Assembly (NCBI GenBank): GCA_965248575.1
Contig: CBDFJQ010000002.1
Span: 608,001-672,000 of the forward strand
DNA length: 64,000 nucleotides
Source of the DNA: Planctomycetota bacterium
Lineage (GTDB): Bacteria; Planctomycetota; B15-G4
Direction of reading: 5' to 3'
The notes beneath the pieces were generated by a model that made no database searches, was not told the DNA's origin, and saw nothing but the letters and a program-made list of their open reading frames with translations. A program made the translations under genes and the position numbers. Positions 38,592 to 47,931 of this stretch are shown here, piece after piece; position 1 is the stretch's first letter; each line of letters opens with the position of its first letter.

Positions 38592-39932
38592 TCAGGGGGT
38601 GACGGCCAGCAGGCCGTTGCTTCCGGTCACGCCGAACGGGCCCGTCGGATCCTGGAAGAAGAACTGCAGGGCGACGCCGAAGCCGGAGGGCACGCTGGCG
38701 GGGAAGCTGGTGGCGATGGAGAAACTGCCTGCTCCATCGAAGGCGAACGCCTTTTGACTCACGATGGGGAAGGGGTAGAAGGTGCCACCGAAGAAGGGTG
38801 TCGGCGTGACGGCGGTGCTCAGGAACACGAACCCGAGGGCCGACGGCTGGGCGTTGCTGCACTGGATGCTGAAGGGGCCGCCACCGGGGCTGAGGTCGCC
38901 GCTTCCGGACAGCAGCGGTTCACCGAGGCTGCCGGGTAGACCGGACGGGCCGAGATCGCTGAACCCTCCGGAGTTGGTGTCGTAGGGCCATTCATTGCTG
39001 AGACTGGCACCCCCGGCGCCGTTGTTGCGAACGAGCAGGGAGCCATCCGCCGTGCCGACCGGGACGATGAGTTGCAGTTGCGTGCCGCCGGCGCTGGAGG
39101 AAACCCCTGAGGCGACGAGCGCATTCCCGTCGGCTGCTGCTGCGGTGAACCAGACCTCGTTGCCCAGCGCCGAGAAGCCGTTGCCGTTGATCGTAAGCAG
39201 ACCTCCGGTGGATGTGGAGCCGGACACGCCTGTCACACTCGGCTTTGTCGCCGCGACGCTGCCGTAGATGGACTGCAAGGCGGCAACGTCGTCCGCCTCG
39301 ATGGAGCGGGTCTGCACGGGGTTGCTGGCCGCTGCAAACATGCTGGCGCCGGCGCTGGAGCTGTGGCCGATCCCCAACACATGGCCGACCTCGTGCGTGG
39401 CGACACCCTGCAGGTCGGCAGGGCCGTCGTCACCAGGGCCGTCCTGCCAGGTGATGGAGGACAGGTAGTTGATCTTCCAGCCGTCCGAGGAGGGCGTCAC
39501 GCTGAAGGCCAGCAAGCTGCCGGGATTGGGGTCGAAGAGCTCGCAGTGGATGTTGGCATTGTTGCCGCCCGGTCCCGGTGCCTCTCCCTGGAAGCTCGCG
39601 TCGTAGTTGGCTTGGCCGCTGCCCAGGGTGGCTTGGGTCGGGTCCTGGTTGCCCGAGCCCGCGAAGGGCTGGCTCGACCATTCGAGGTGCGCCTTCCAGA
39701 GCGCTTGGGTGGCACCGGTCGCCGACGGGAAGTCGGGATGAGGCGCCAGGTTGTCGTTGGCAGACGCGTCGCTGAAGTTGTTCAGCACGCGCACGTCGCG
39801 CTGGTCGAGACCGAGCGAATCGCCGGTGAGGCTGAAGGCGGCGCCTGGCAGGGCAACGGAAAGCTGGTGGGTGATGGTCAGGCAGAGCGCGAGCGCGCCC
39901 AGGGCACTCAAGTTGCGTGGGGAAAGAATCAT
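38592..39932 (-). CDS. Secreted matrixin (M10) metalloprotease with IPT-like and conserved C-terminal domain
   Basis: Signal peptide, HEVGHVLGIGHS zinc motif, ASMF Met-turn, DD..ALQSIYG, LTINGNGF. Confidence 0.88.
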   Translation of the reverse strand: MILSPRNLSALGALALCLTITHQLSVALPGAAFSLTGDSLGLDQRDVRVLNNFSDASANDNLAPHPDFPSATGATQALWKAHLEWSSQPFAGSGNQDPTQATLGSGQANYDASFQGEAPGPGGNNANIHCELFDPNPGSLLAFSVTPSSDGWKINYLSSITWQDGPGDDGPADLQGVATHEVGHVLGIGHSSSAGASMFAAASNPVQTRSIEADDVAALQSIYGSVAATKPSVTGVSGSTSTGGLLTINGNGFSALGNEVWFTAAAADGNALVASGVSSSAGGTQLQLIVPVGTADGSLLVRNNGAGGASLSNEWPYDTNSGGFSDLGPSGLPGSLGEPLLSGSGDLSPGGGPFSIQCSNAQPSALGFVFLSTAVTPTPFFGGTFYPFPIVSQKAFAFDGAGSFSIATSFPASVPSGFGVALQFFFQDPTGPFGVTGSNGLLAVTP

Positions 39933-40219
39933 GAGAAGTCTCGCCGGGAGGAGCGATGAGTGTGAAGTCGCGCGGCGTGACCCCCTGGCAAACAGCAAGG
40001 GAACCATGGGGTGTCGACACGGGGAGACTTGCCGACTCGGGAGAGAGTCACCCTGCGCGAGCTGGCGAGCATAACTCAGCGGAGGTTTGCGCTTGAGTGG
40101 ATATGGAATGCTGCCCCGGGAACGCGGTAGCCTTCCCCGTGCAATACGCACCCTCAAAGGGACCGTTGAGGCCTGATACCGGGAGCGCAGCTTTTCCTCG
40201 AGCGGATGGTGAGCCCGTC

Positions 40220-41158
40220 ATGGATGCAGGCAACCGGAAGGCGGTGATAGCGGCCTTGTCGGCCAATGCGGGCATCGCCGTGGCGAAGTTCGTTGGCTAC
40301 CTCTTCACGGGCTCCTCCTCGATGTTGGCGGAGAGCGTTCACTCCCTTGCGGACTCGGGGAACCAGGCCCTCCTGCTCTGGGGTGGGGCCGCGGCCCGCC
40401 GCCCAGCTACGGAGCAGCACCCGTTCGGCCACGGTCGCGAACGCTACTTCTGGGCCTTCGTCGTCTCGCTGGTGATCTTCGCCTTGGGGTCGGTCTTCGC
40501 GCTCTACGAGGGGCTCCACAAGCTGGATTCCACGGAGCCCCTGGAGTCGCCGATGATCGCGGTGGGGATCCTGGCGTTGGGCTTGGTGTTGGAGGGGCTG
40601 TCATTCCGCCTGGCGGTGCGCGAGGCCCGTAGCCGCAAGGGCGCGACTGGATGGTGGAACTTCATCAAGCGCACCCGTAACCCGGAACTCCCGGTGGTCC
40701 TGCTGGAGGATCTCGGGGCCTTGGTCGGATTGGCGATCGCCATGGTGGGCGTGATCATGGCCTGGGTCACCGGCAACCCTGTGTACGACGCGCTGGGCAC
40801 GATCGTGATCGGAGCCCTGCTCGGGGTGATCGCCGTGCTGTTGGCAGTGGAGATGAAGAGCCTCATCATCGGCGAGTCAGCCTCGGTGGATCACCGCACG
40901 CGTTTGAAGCAGGCGGTCGCCGACGCTCCACGCGTCGTCCGACTGATCAACATGCGCACCCAACATCTGGGCCCCGAGGAATTGCTGGTTGGGCTGAAGG
41001 TGGAGTTCGACGCGACCCTCGACTTTTCCGAGTTGACCGACGCCATCGATGAAGTGGAGGCGGCCATGCGCGCCAGCGTCGCGCCCCGCCTGGTGATCTA
41101 CTTGGAACCCGACATCTTCGAGGCGTCACACAAGGGCAACGATCCGCCCGTGCATTGA
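40220..41158 (+). CDS. Cation diffusion facilitator (CDF) transporter
   Basis: ESVHSLADSGNQ, HPFGHGRERYFW, VLLED, C-terminal dimerisation domain. Confidence 0.93.
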   Translation: MDAGNRKAVIAALSANAGIAVAKFVGYLFTGSSSMLAESVHSLADSGNQALLLWGGAAARRPATEQHPFGHGRERYFWAFVVSLVIFALGSVFALYEGLHKLDSTEPLESPMIAVGILALGLVLEGLSFRLAVREARSRKGATGWWNFIKRTRNPELPVVLLEDLGALVGLAIAMVGVIMAWVTGNPVYDALGTIVIGALLGVIAVLLAVEMKSLIIGESASVDHRTRLKQAVADAPRVVRLINMRTQHLGPEELLVGLKVEFDATLDFSELTDAIDEVEAAMRASVAPRLVIYLEPDIFEASHKGNDPPVH

Positions 41159-41460
41159 GAAGCAGGTGACCGGGCGCGCTCACTCCTGCAGACCGGCCTT
41201 GGGCTGGCACCAATCCCAACAGTGCCGTCGACAGCAGCAGTTGAGAGAAGAGTCGGTGCAGCAGGGAGTCCAGTTGCAGCGACGGTCGGCTCCTTCTTAT
41301 CCATCGCCTCGGGCCGTTGGAGAGAGTGGCGTTCACCGTCGTTCAGGAAATGAAAGGTGAGCGCTGGGTCAGCTGCCGCATGTTGCATCAGTGAAACGTT
41401 GCGAGCAGGTGGCCTCCACCCAGGCTTGACCACCTTGGGGACTGAGATAGCCTCAACTTG

Positions 41461-43317
41461 ATGAAGTCGGGAATTCTCAAGGCGTTGTTCCTGCTCGGGA
41501 CGGCTCTTGGGCCGCTTGCGCCGGCAGCTTCCACTCAGAGTTCGCTTCAGCCCTGGCAGGCCCACGACGTGTCCACCTCGACGGTGATGGCCTTCTCGGT
41601 CTCGCCCGCTGACGTCGACGGTGATGGGGACATGGATGTGTTCTCGGCTGGCTTCAACGACACGATCTCCTGGCATGAGAACGTCGAAACAGATGGTCGC
41701 CTCTGGGTCGAGCACGTGATTGCGCCGGCCGTGTTCGTGTTCACGGTGGATGCCGTCGACCTCGATGGCGATGGGGATCTGGATGTCGCAGTCGGTTCGA
41801 CGTCGCTGACGGAACCCCTGACCTGGTTCGAGAACCGCTTCGGCGATGGCAGCGCATGGATCAAGAACATCGTTCCTGCGCCTCCCGTCACGATCCGCTC
41901 GGTGCACGGAGCCGATGTGGATGCGGACGGGGACATGGACCTGTTGAGTGCCCTCGAGGACGGGGACGCCGTGGTGCTGTCGAAGAACCTCAACGGCACG
42001 GGCACCTCCTGGGCTTCGGGTCAGGTTGGCCAAGGGGATGGTCCCTTGGATGTTGAGACGGCCGACGTGGACGGCAACGGAACTCTCGACGTCCTGACGA
42101 TCTACTCGCAGGAGACGCGTGTCGCCTGGTACAGCAACCAGGAGGGCGACGGCTCGCTCTGGTTCGAAGTCGACATGATGTTGTCCGGGCAGGGTGGGCA
42201 CTCCGTGTCGCCCGGCGACATGAACGGAGACGGTGACATGGATGCCGTGTCCGGGTCGTTCGGGAACGACCTGCTCGTCTTCCATCGCAACCGGAACGGA
42301 ACGGCTCTCGACTGGAGCAACGAGGTCATCAGCACCCAGATCGGCAACTACGTCTCGGTCGAGGTGGCGGACCTGGATCTCGACGGTGATCTGGATGTGC
42401 TGGCTGCCTCCTTCGACAACCTGGAGTCGAAGGGAGTTGGAACAGGAGCCATGACGGTCACCTGGCAAGAGAACCTGCTGGGCAGCCCCGTGTCTTGGCA
42501 GGAACACACCGTCTCGGACACGGTGGCCAAGGGGCGGGCCGCCCTGGTGGCCGACATGGACCAGGACTGCGATCTGGATGTCGTCGCGGCGACGTCGACG
42601 AACGACCGCGTGGCCTGGTTCGAGAACACCGTGTCCCTCGACTGCAACAGCAACGGCGTTCCGGACGCGTGCGACATTGCTCAGGGGGCGAGCATCGACT
42701 GCAACAAGAACGGCGTGCCCGACGAGTGCGACTTCTTCATTGATGGCTCGGACCAGATCTCGATCAACCTCGGCGGCATCGATTTCAAACCCTGGATGGG
42801 TGGGCCGAATGGGATTCCCGACGAGTGTGAATTCCCGATCCTGGACCAACTGCTTCAGGGGCTGCCGCGGACCGGCTCGATCCTCGAACTCCTGCCTCGC
42901 TGGTCCGAAGTCCTGGGGGATTCAGTAGTGGGTGCTGTGGGATTCGGTGACCCGCTTGTCCAGCAAGCTGTTCAGCCGGGTGACAAGCTGCCGCGAGAGC
43001 GTCGTCTGGAGCTGCCCCTGCAGGTCCTGGGCGGAGTCCCCGAGGGCAAGTTGCTGGTCTACGCCTACGTCGAGGACGCCCTCCAGGGCTCTCAGCGCCT
43101 CGGGCTGGATCAGCACGGGGGCGCCGAGCTCTCGCTCCGTCTAGCCGCTCAGACTGAGTGGCCGCTCCTGGGCGCGGGCGGCGTCTTGACCGTACGCGCT
43201 GTCGAATTGGACTCGGACGGCAGGCCCTTCAATTGGAGTGCGCCGCTGCATCTGCCGATCAAGAACAGCGCAGCTTCCAGGGCTGCGGTGTCCATTTCGG
43301 CGGATGCGGGACGCTAG
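41461..43317 (+). CDS. Secreted FG-GAP/VCBS repeat protein with DCN(x)NG.PD.C repeats
   Basis: Signal peptide; seven DxDGDGDxD repeats with W.EN; DCNSNGVPDACD, DCNKNGVPDECD. Confidence 0.85.
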   Translation: MKSGILKALFLLGTALGPLAPAASTQSSLQPWQAHDVSTSTVMAFSVSPADVDGDGDMDVFSAGFNDTISWHENVETDGRLWVEHVIAPAVFVFTVDAVDLDGDGDLDVAVGSTSLTEPLTWFENRFGDGSAWIKNIVPAPPVTIRSVHGADVDADGDMDLLSALEDGDAVVLSKNLNGTGTSWASGQVGQGDGPLDVETADVDGNGTLDVLTIYSQETRVAWYSNQEGDGSLWFEVDMMLSGQGGHSVSPGDMNGDGDMDAVSGSFGNDLLVFHRNRNGTALDWSNEVISTQIGNYVSVEVADLDLDGDLDVLAASFDNLESKGVGTGAMTVTWQENLLGSPVSWQEHTVSDTVAKGRAALVADMDQDCDLDVVAATSTNDRVAWFENTVSLDCNSNGVPDACDIAQGASIDCNKNGVPDECDFFIDGSDQISINLGGIDFKPWMGGPNGIPDECEFPILDQLLQGLPRTGSILELLPRWSEVLGDSVVGAVGFGDPLVQQAVQPGDKLPRERRLELPLQVLGGVPEGKLLVYAYVEDALQGSQRLGLDQHGGAELSLRLAAQTEWPLLGAGGVLTVRAVELDSDGRPFNWSAPLHLPIKNSAASRAAVSISADAGR

Positions 43318-43437
43318 GCAGATCCATTGCGCCCTCGACAGTTCGTGTTCATGGAAATAGATTGGCCGATGATCGTTCCTGACGGATCAGGGGCGAACTG
43401 GCGTGAACGCGCGCCGCAGAGAACTCGGAGATGCAGC

Positions 43438-44745
43438 ATGGTGATGGGATCCTCGGTCCGTTGGATGGTGAGCTGTGCGCTTGCTGTTGTCTTGCAAGGC
43501 GCCGTCAGCACCGCCCAGACAGGCCCGCCACCTGAAGAGGACGACGTCCACTACGGGCTCCCCGGCCAGTTCACCATCAACCAGGCCATGGATTTCTACC
43601 GCACGGAGGTGGTGACGACGGCCAAGACACCGGTCGTGGTCTGGATCCATGGCAAGGGATTCTGGGGTGGGGACGAGTCGATTGACGCGAGCACGTCTCC
43701 CTTTGTGGATTGGCTCGCTGCGGGCTGGTCGATTGCGTCCTTGGACTATCGGCACACCGGGCAGGACTGGGATGCATTCATGCACGGGCAGGACTCCGTG
43801 TACCCCGACCATGCCGTGGATGTCGCCCTGGCCGTGCAGTACCTGCGCACCAAGAGCACGGATTGGAACATCGACCCGGACAAGATCCTCTTGTTCGGTG
43901 AGTCAGCTGGTGGATGTCTCTCGTCGTGGACCGCCATGGCCGATGATCTCGCGGCCTTCCAGGGCGGTGTGGGGCACGGCCCCGGGCTCTCGACCCGCGT
44001 GCGCGCCTTCGTCAACGTGGACGGTCCCACGGACTGGACGTACGTGAACCCCTTCGTGAACCCAGACGTCATGCATTACTTCGGCGTGTTCGTGCCGAAC
44101 ACGCCGCCGTTCAACATCCTGGTGCCCTTGGCGACCCAGCTGGAGGCCTCGCCCTTCTGGCAAGTCGGGCAGGCACCGCAGGCTGAGGCCAATCGCCAGG
44201 TGGGCGCGTACCAGGACTACGAGGGCCCTGTTGCCGGTGATATTCATGACCCCGCCTATGGCCTGACGATGCAAGTCGCCCTCGAGCAAGGGGACCACGG
44301 TTTTCCGGTTTTGAACTGGGACCTGGCGCCCGACTGGCCCATCGGCCCGGCCTTGGATGATCTGGATTGGATGAAGGTGCAGTTCACCGGACTTCCCTAC
44401 GGTGACGGTGTTGGCGGAACCTCTGCGGTCTCGCCGGAACTCTACCTGCGCAGCATGGGGCCCACCGAGACCCTGCTGGTGACGGATGCGCCGCCCAACG
44501 CCATGGTCACCTTCGCGCTTGGGATCGGTCAGATCGATGTTCCCTTGTTCGCCGGCCGCCTGTACGTGCAGCCGATGGTCTTCCTCTACGGCACGACCGA
44601 CGCCCAGGGCGATTGCCTGCGGGATCTGGATCTCGGGTTGGCCGGGGGCTTGTTTGACGTCTTCGTGCAAGCTGCCATCGAAGACCCGGGTGCCGTGGGT
44701 GGCTACACCTTGACGGGCGGGCTGAAGCTCGACCTGAAGGAGTAG
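43438..44745 (+). CDS. Secreted alpha/beta hydrolase (HSL/BD-FAE-like esterase) with conserved C-terminal domain
   Basis: PVVVWIHGKGFWGG, DYR, IDPDKI..FGESAGG. Confidence 0.85.
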   Translation: MVMGSSVRWMVSCALAVVLQGAVSTAQTGPPPEEDDVHYGLPGQFTINQAMDFYRTEVVTTAKTPVVVWIHGKGFWGGDESIDASTSPFVDWLAAGWSIASLDYRHTGQDWDAFMHGQDSVYPDHAVDVALAVQYLRTKSTDWNIDPDKILLFGESAGGCLSSWTAMADDLAAFQGGVGHGPGLSTRVRAFVNVDGPTDWTYVNPFVNPDVMHYFGVFVPNTPPFNILVPLATQLEASPFWQVGQAPQAEANRQVGAYQDYEGPVAGDIHDPAYGLTMQVALEQGDHGFPVLNWDLAPDWPIGPALDDLDWMKVQFTGLPYGDGVGGTSAVSPELYLRSMGPTETLLVTDAPPNAMVTFALGIGQIDVPLFAGRLYVQPMVFLYGTTDAQGDCLRDLDLGLAGGLFDVFVQAAIEDPGAVGGYTLTGGLKLDLKE

Positions 44746-44765
44746 GGAGCACTCCCTAGCCTGCC

Positions 44766-46637
44766 ATGGACAGCGTGTTCACTCTGGATGGGAGTGCGCG
44801 ACGGTCCGCGAGGGGCACTTCCGCCAGAGGAGTCCAGGCCGAGGGCGTGCACGGCGCATGGCTCGTTGCCTCTGCGCTCCTGGCGCTGGTGGTTGGCTCA
44901 GCTGGGCGACTGCAGGCCCAGACAGGTTCTGGGGAGTTGCGCGCAGCCGGGCAGGTCGCGAGCCAGACGGCCACTGCGTTCACGGAGGCCGACGCGCAGC
45001 GTGTCGGCCAGGACCTCGCACCCTTCGCCGGACAGGAGCCGGCCGTTCTGGTCGACGCCGTGATTCCGAGTGGCGCGAAAGGAACAGGAACAGCCTTCCC
45101 CGAGACGATCCAGTATCAACTGGGCACGTCCTACAGCAGCGTCGGGCGGCGGCGCCCCCTGCTCGTGGCGTATCACGGCTACGGGGGATCGGCGGCTAGC
45201 GTCGCCACGCAATCCACCTTGGATGAAGTCTGCAACCAAAGAGGGTGGGTGTACCTCTCGGTGACGGGCTTGGACGACAAGGTCTTCGGCACGGAGCTCT
45301 CGCAAGCTCACACGGAAGCAGCCGTGAACTGGATGCTGGACCACTTCCACGTCGACCCCGATCAGATCTACATGGTGGGATTCTCCATGGGAGCCGGTGT
45401 CGCCATGAACTTCGCGGCGCGACATCGGGACCCCGCGGGAGTCATGATCGCGGCCTTGGGCTTGGTGAGCGTCTCCGCTGATTGGACGTCTGCGTGGCTG
45501 ACGGGTTCGCCGAGCGTGCAAGCGGTGCTCGAGAATCCCCTGAACTTCGGTGCCAGCCCGTCACAGGACCCCTTCGGCTATCGTCGCTGGAGCGGGAGCT
45601 TTCACGACGGAAGCAGCGCTTCGATGCTCGGAAGCCTAGCGCCCTCTCAGTCCATGGCCAGCAATCTGGGCAGCACGCCCGTCTACCTGAGTTGGGACAC
45701 GGGCGACGCGACCCTCTACGTGACCGATCAGTGTGCTCAGCTCTCCAACTTCCTGCCGAGCTTGGGCGGGGAGGTCAGCGTCAAGACGGTGTTCGGGACA
45801 CTCGACCCCGCGACCGGAGTTCCGGCGCCCCACTCCTGGGCGGTGCTCAAGGAGAATCAGCTGGCCAACTTCTTCGACGGCAAGACCGTGGATCGGACTC
45901 CTGCTTCGTTCCGTGCGCTCCTGGCCGACGATTCCACGGTGGGGAACGTCGCCTGCGAGCAGCGCGTCACCGGAGCCTTCACGTCCTTTGACACCTCAGT
46001 GCTTCCGGGGGCGGCGTTGACCCAGGTTCAGAACGCGAGGCTGCTCAGCTTTGATGGAGGCGGAGCTCCCGCTGACCAGCGGGTGGAGGCGATCCCCGCT
46101 GACGGGCAAGCCTTCGAGCTGCGCGTGCTGGGCCTTGACAGCCGGCCTTCCTATGCGCTGCATGAGTCCACGGGAGCGCTGGTCGAGGACGTGCGCTCGG
46201 AACCCTGGCACGAGGCACTCGTGCTGCCGGTGCCCGCGGAAGGGCTGCGCGTGAACCTGGTGTCCCGACACGATTGGACAGCGCGGCTGACCGTCTTGCC
46301 GGACCCCTTGCCAGCGCCGGGCGGAATGACCCCGCCAGCCACACTGGTGGCCGAAGGATTCGTTGCGGTCGATCAGGCCTGGCTCGTGCTCGGGATGCAT
46401 GAAGCACTCAGCCCCGTACTGGGCGGGGGAGCGACTCTCGGTGTCCAGCCCCGCCCGCCATCGATCCTGCGCTGCTTGCCGCTCGAGGACGACGGTAGCG
46501 TGGTCATGCCGTTGCAACTCCCCGCGCTGCCTGTGGGGAGCGGGGCTCACGCCCATGCCCAGGTCCTGTTCCTGAAGACGGAGGGGACGCTGTCTGCCGC
46601 AGCCACCAGCAACGTCTGGATGCTGCGCTGGCCCTGA
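44766..46637 (+). CDS. Secreted alpha/beta hydrolase (PHB-depolymerase/esterase-like) with C-terminal beta domains
   Basis: PLLVAYHGYGG, VDPDQIYMVGFSMGA, HSW; hydrophobic signal-like segment. Confidence 0.78.
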   Translation: MDSVFTLDGSARRSARGTSARGVQAEGVHGAWLVASALLALVVGSAGRLQAQTGSGELRAAGQVASQTATAFTEADAQRVGQDLAPFAGQEPAVLVDAVIPSGAKGTGTAFPETIQYQLGTSYSSVGRRRPLLVAYHGYGGSAASVATQSTLDEVCNQRGWVYLSVTGLDDKVFGTELSQAHTEAAVNWMLDHFHVDPDQIYMVGFSMGAGVAMNFAARHRDPAGVMIAALGLVSVSADWTSAWLTGSPSVQAVLENPLNFGASPSQDPFGYRRWSGSFHDGSSASMLGSLAPSQSMASNLGSTPVYLSWDTGDATLYVTDQCAQLSNFLPSLGGEVSVKTVFGTLDPATGVPAPHSWAVLKENQLANFFDGKTVDRTPASFRALLADDSTVGNVACEQRVTGAFTSFDTSVLPGAALTQVQNARLLSFDGGGAPADQRVEAIPADGQAFELRVLGLDSRPSYALHESTGALVEDVRSEPWHEALVLPVPAEGLRVNLVSRHDWTARLTVLPDPLPAPGGMTPPATLVAEGFVAVDQAWLVLGMHEALSPVLGGGATLGVQPRPPSILRCLPLEDDGSVVMPLQLPALPVGSGAHAHAQVLFLKTEGTLSAAATSNVWMLRWP

Positions 46638-46657
46638 CCTGGAGTCAGGAGCCTGTG

Positions 46658-47752
46658 TCAGTCGTTGCGGTAGGCAGAATGACAGCTGGTGCACGACGCC
46701 TTCAGGGCGGAGAAGGCTGCGGCACTCGCCCCTTGATCGTCGTCAGGGGACGCACGCCGTGCTGAGTACGCCTCGCGCAGCGTAGCGCTGCTCTGGATCG
46801 CGTCTTCGATCCAGGACTGATAGTCGGTCGCTGCCTCGTTGACCTCGGGCAGCTCCCGCGCCTGCACGAAGAGCCCGCGCAGGATGGCCGCTTCATTGGC
46901 AGGGTCGACGTCGGGGTGATCGGGGTTCACTGTCCAGTCGCGCTTGGCCATGCCGGCGACGTTGTCGAAGTGGCGCGCAATGCGCACCATCAACTCGCGG
47001 ACCCCATCAAACTCCTGCGCCGCAGCCAGTCCCCAGTCCAGTGCACCTGTCTGCTGCGCACTGGGAATGTCTGCTGTCGCGACCGTGCGATAGAGGCCCT
47101 CGTACTTCTCCGAGGTGCCGCACCACTGGCGCATCTCTGCGAGCGCTTGTTCGCGCGGAACGGCATCCAGGACCAGCCTCCCGATCGCAGCGGCGGCCGG
47201 GCCCCGGTGTTGGCCATGAAAGCAGTGCACGTAGAACGGGCCCTCGGCCTCCCGGAAGGTCTTGGAGATCTTCAGGAGCTCGTCGGGGTTGATCCCGCGG
47301 TACTGAATCGGCACGTGCACGTAGCGCATGCCCAGTTCGGCGGCGCCCTCGGCGTCCGGCGTCTTGCCGTCCACCGACAGGATGGTGCGGACGCCCATGG
47401 CGGCAATGGCAACCAGGGATTCCCGGTCGTGGGGCTCGCCGCCGGAGATGATGCTCTCGCTCAGGGCAAAGACGTTGTGCAGGCCACCGTCCTGGCCCGG
47501 CTCGCGCACGTCCAGCTGAAGCTGTTGGGCCTGCTCATAGGCCGTGGAGTCGTTGAGCAGCAGGAGCGGCGAGGCGGCTTCGGCTCGCACGCTTCGTGCT
47601 TCGGAGCAGCCGACCGCGAGGCTTCCCAGGCAGATGCTTAGGCCCCAGAGGGCCCAGCCAGCCACACTCCACAAGCCGTCGCCTGGCCGGGATGCCGTCA
47701 GCCGCGTCGCGCGGGACGTCCTGAGGCTTCGGGAAGAGGGCGTGGGGCTCAT
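46658..47752 (-). CDS. Probable lipoprotein: Cx5R phosphatase/sulfurtransferase-like domain fused to cytochrome c'-like domain
   Basis: LAVGC lipobox; GVRTIL, YVHVPI, PFYVHCFHGQHRG; helical domain ending CTSCHSAYRND; start uncertain. Confidence 0.75.
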   Translation of the reverse strand: MSPTPSSRSLRTSRATRLTASRPGDGLWSVAGWALWGLSICLGSLAVGCSEARSVRAEAASPLLLLNDSTAYEQAQQLQLDVREPGQDGGLHNVFALSESIISGGEPHDRESLVAIAAMGVRTILSVDGKTPDAEGAAELGMRYVHVPIQYRGINPDELLKISKTFREAEGPFYVHCFHGQHRGPAAAAIGRLVLDAVPREQALAEMRQWCGTSEKYEGLYRTVATADIPSAQQTGALDWGLAAAQEFDGVRELMVRIARHFDNVAGMAKRDWTVNPDHPDVDPANEAAILRGLFVQARELPEVNEAATDYQSWIEDAIQSSATLREAYSARRASPDDDQGASAAAFSALKASCTSCHSAYRND

Positions 47753-47931
47753 GATCGAGTGCGGAGGAGGATCGGGGGTCGAGAGGCTCAAGATGCTGAC
47801 CAGGACGCTTGGAGGGCCTCTGGGGAGGACCAGCGCCTTGGAGTGCCAGGGGAGTGTAAGGGCTCGGCACCCGTGTGCGAGGGCCGTCTGGGCAGTGTGA
47901 CGGATCCCCGGGCCGGAACGGACGCAGTTCC

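Noticed and set aside
39933..40219. NiCo or fluoride riboswitch upstream of the CDF gene
   Set aside because: Small hairpins exist but I could not match the conserved cores
33994..46637. Identifying the shared tail as T9SS CTD or PEP-CTERM
   Set aside because: No PEP-TM-basic tail and no evident T9SS CTD motif; no T9SS or exosortase genes in the window
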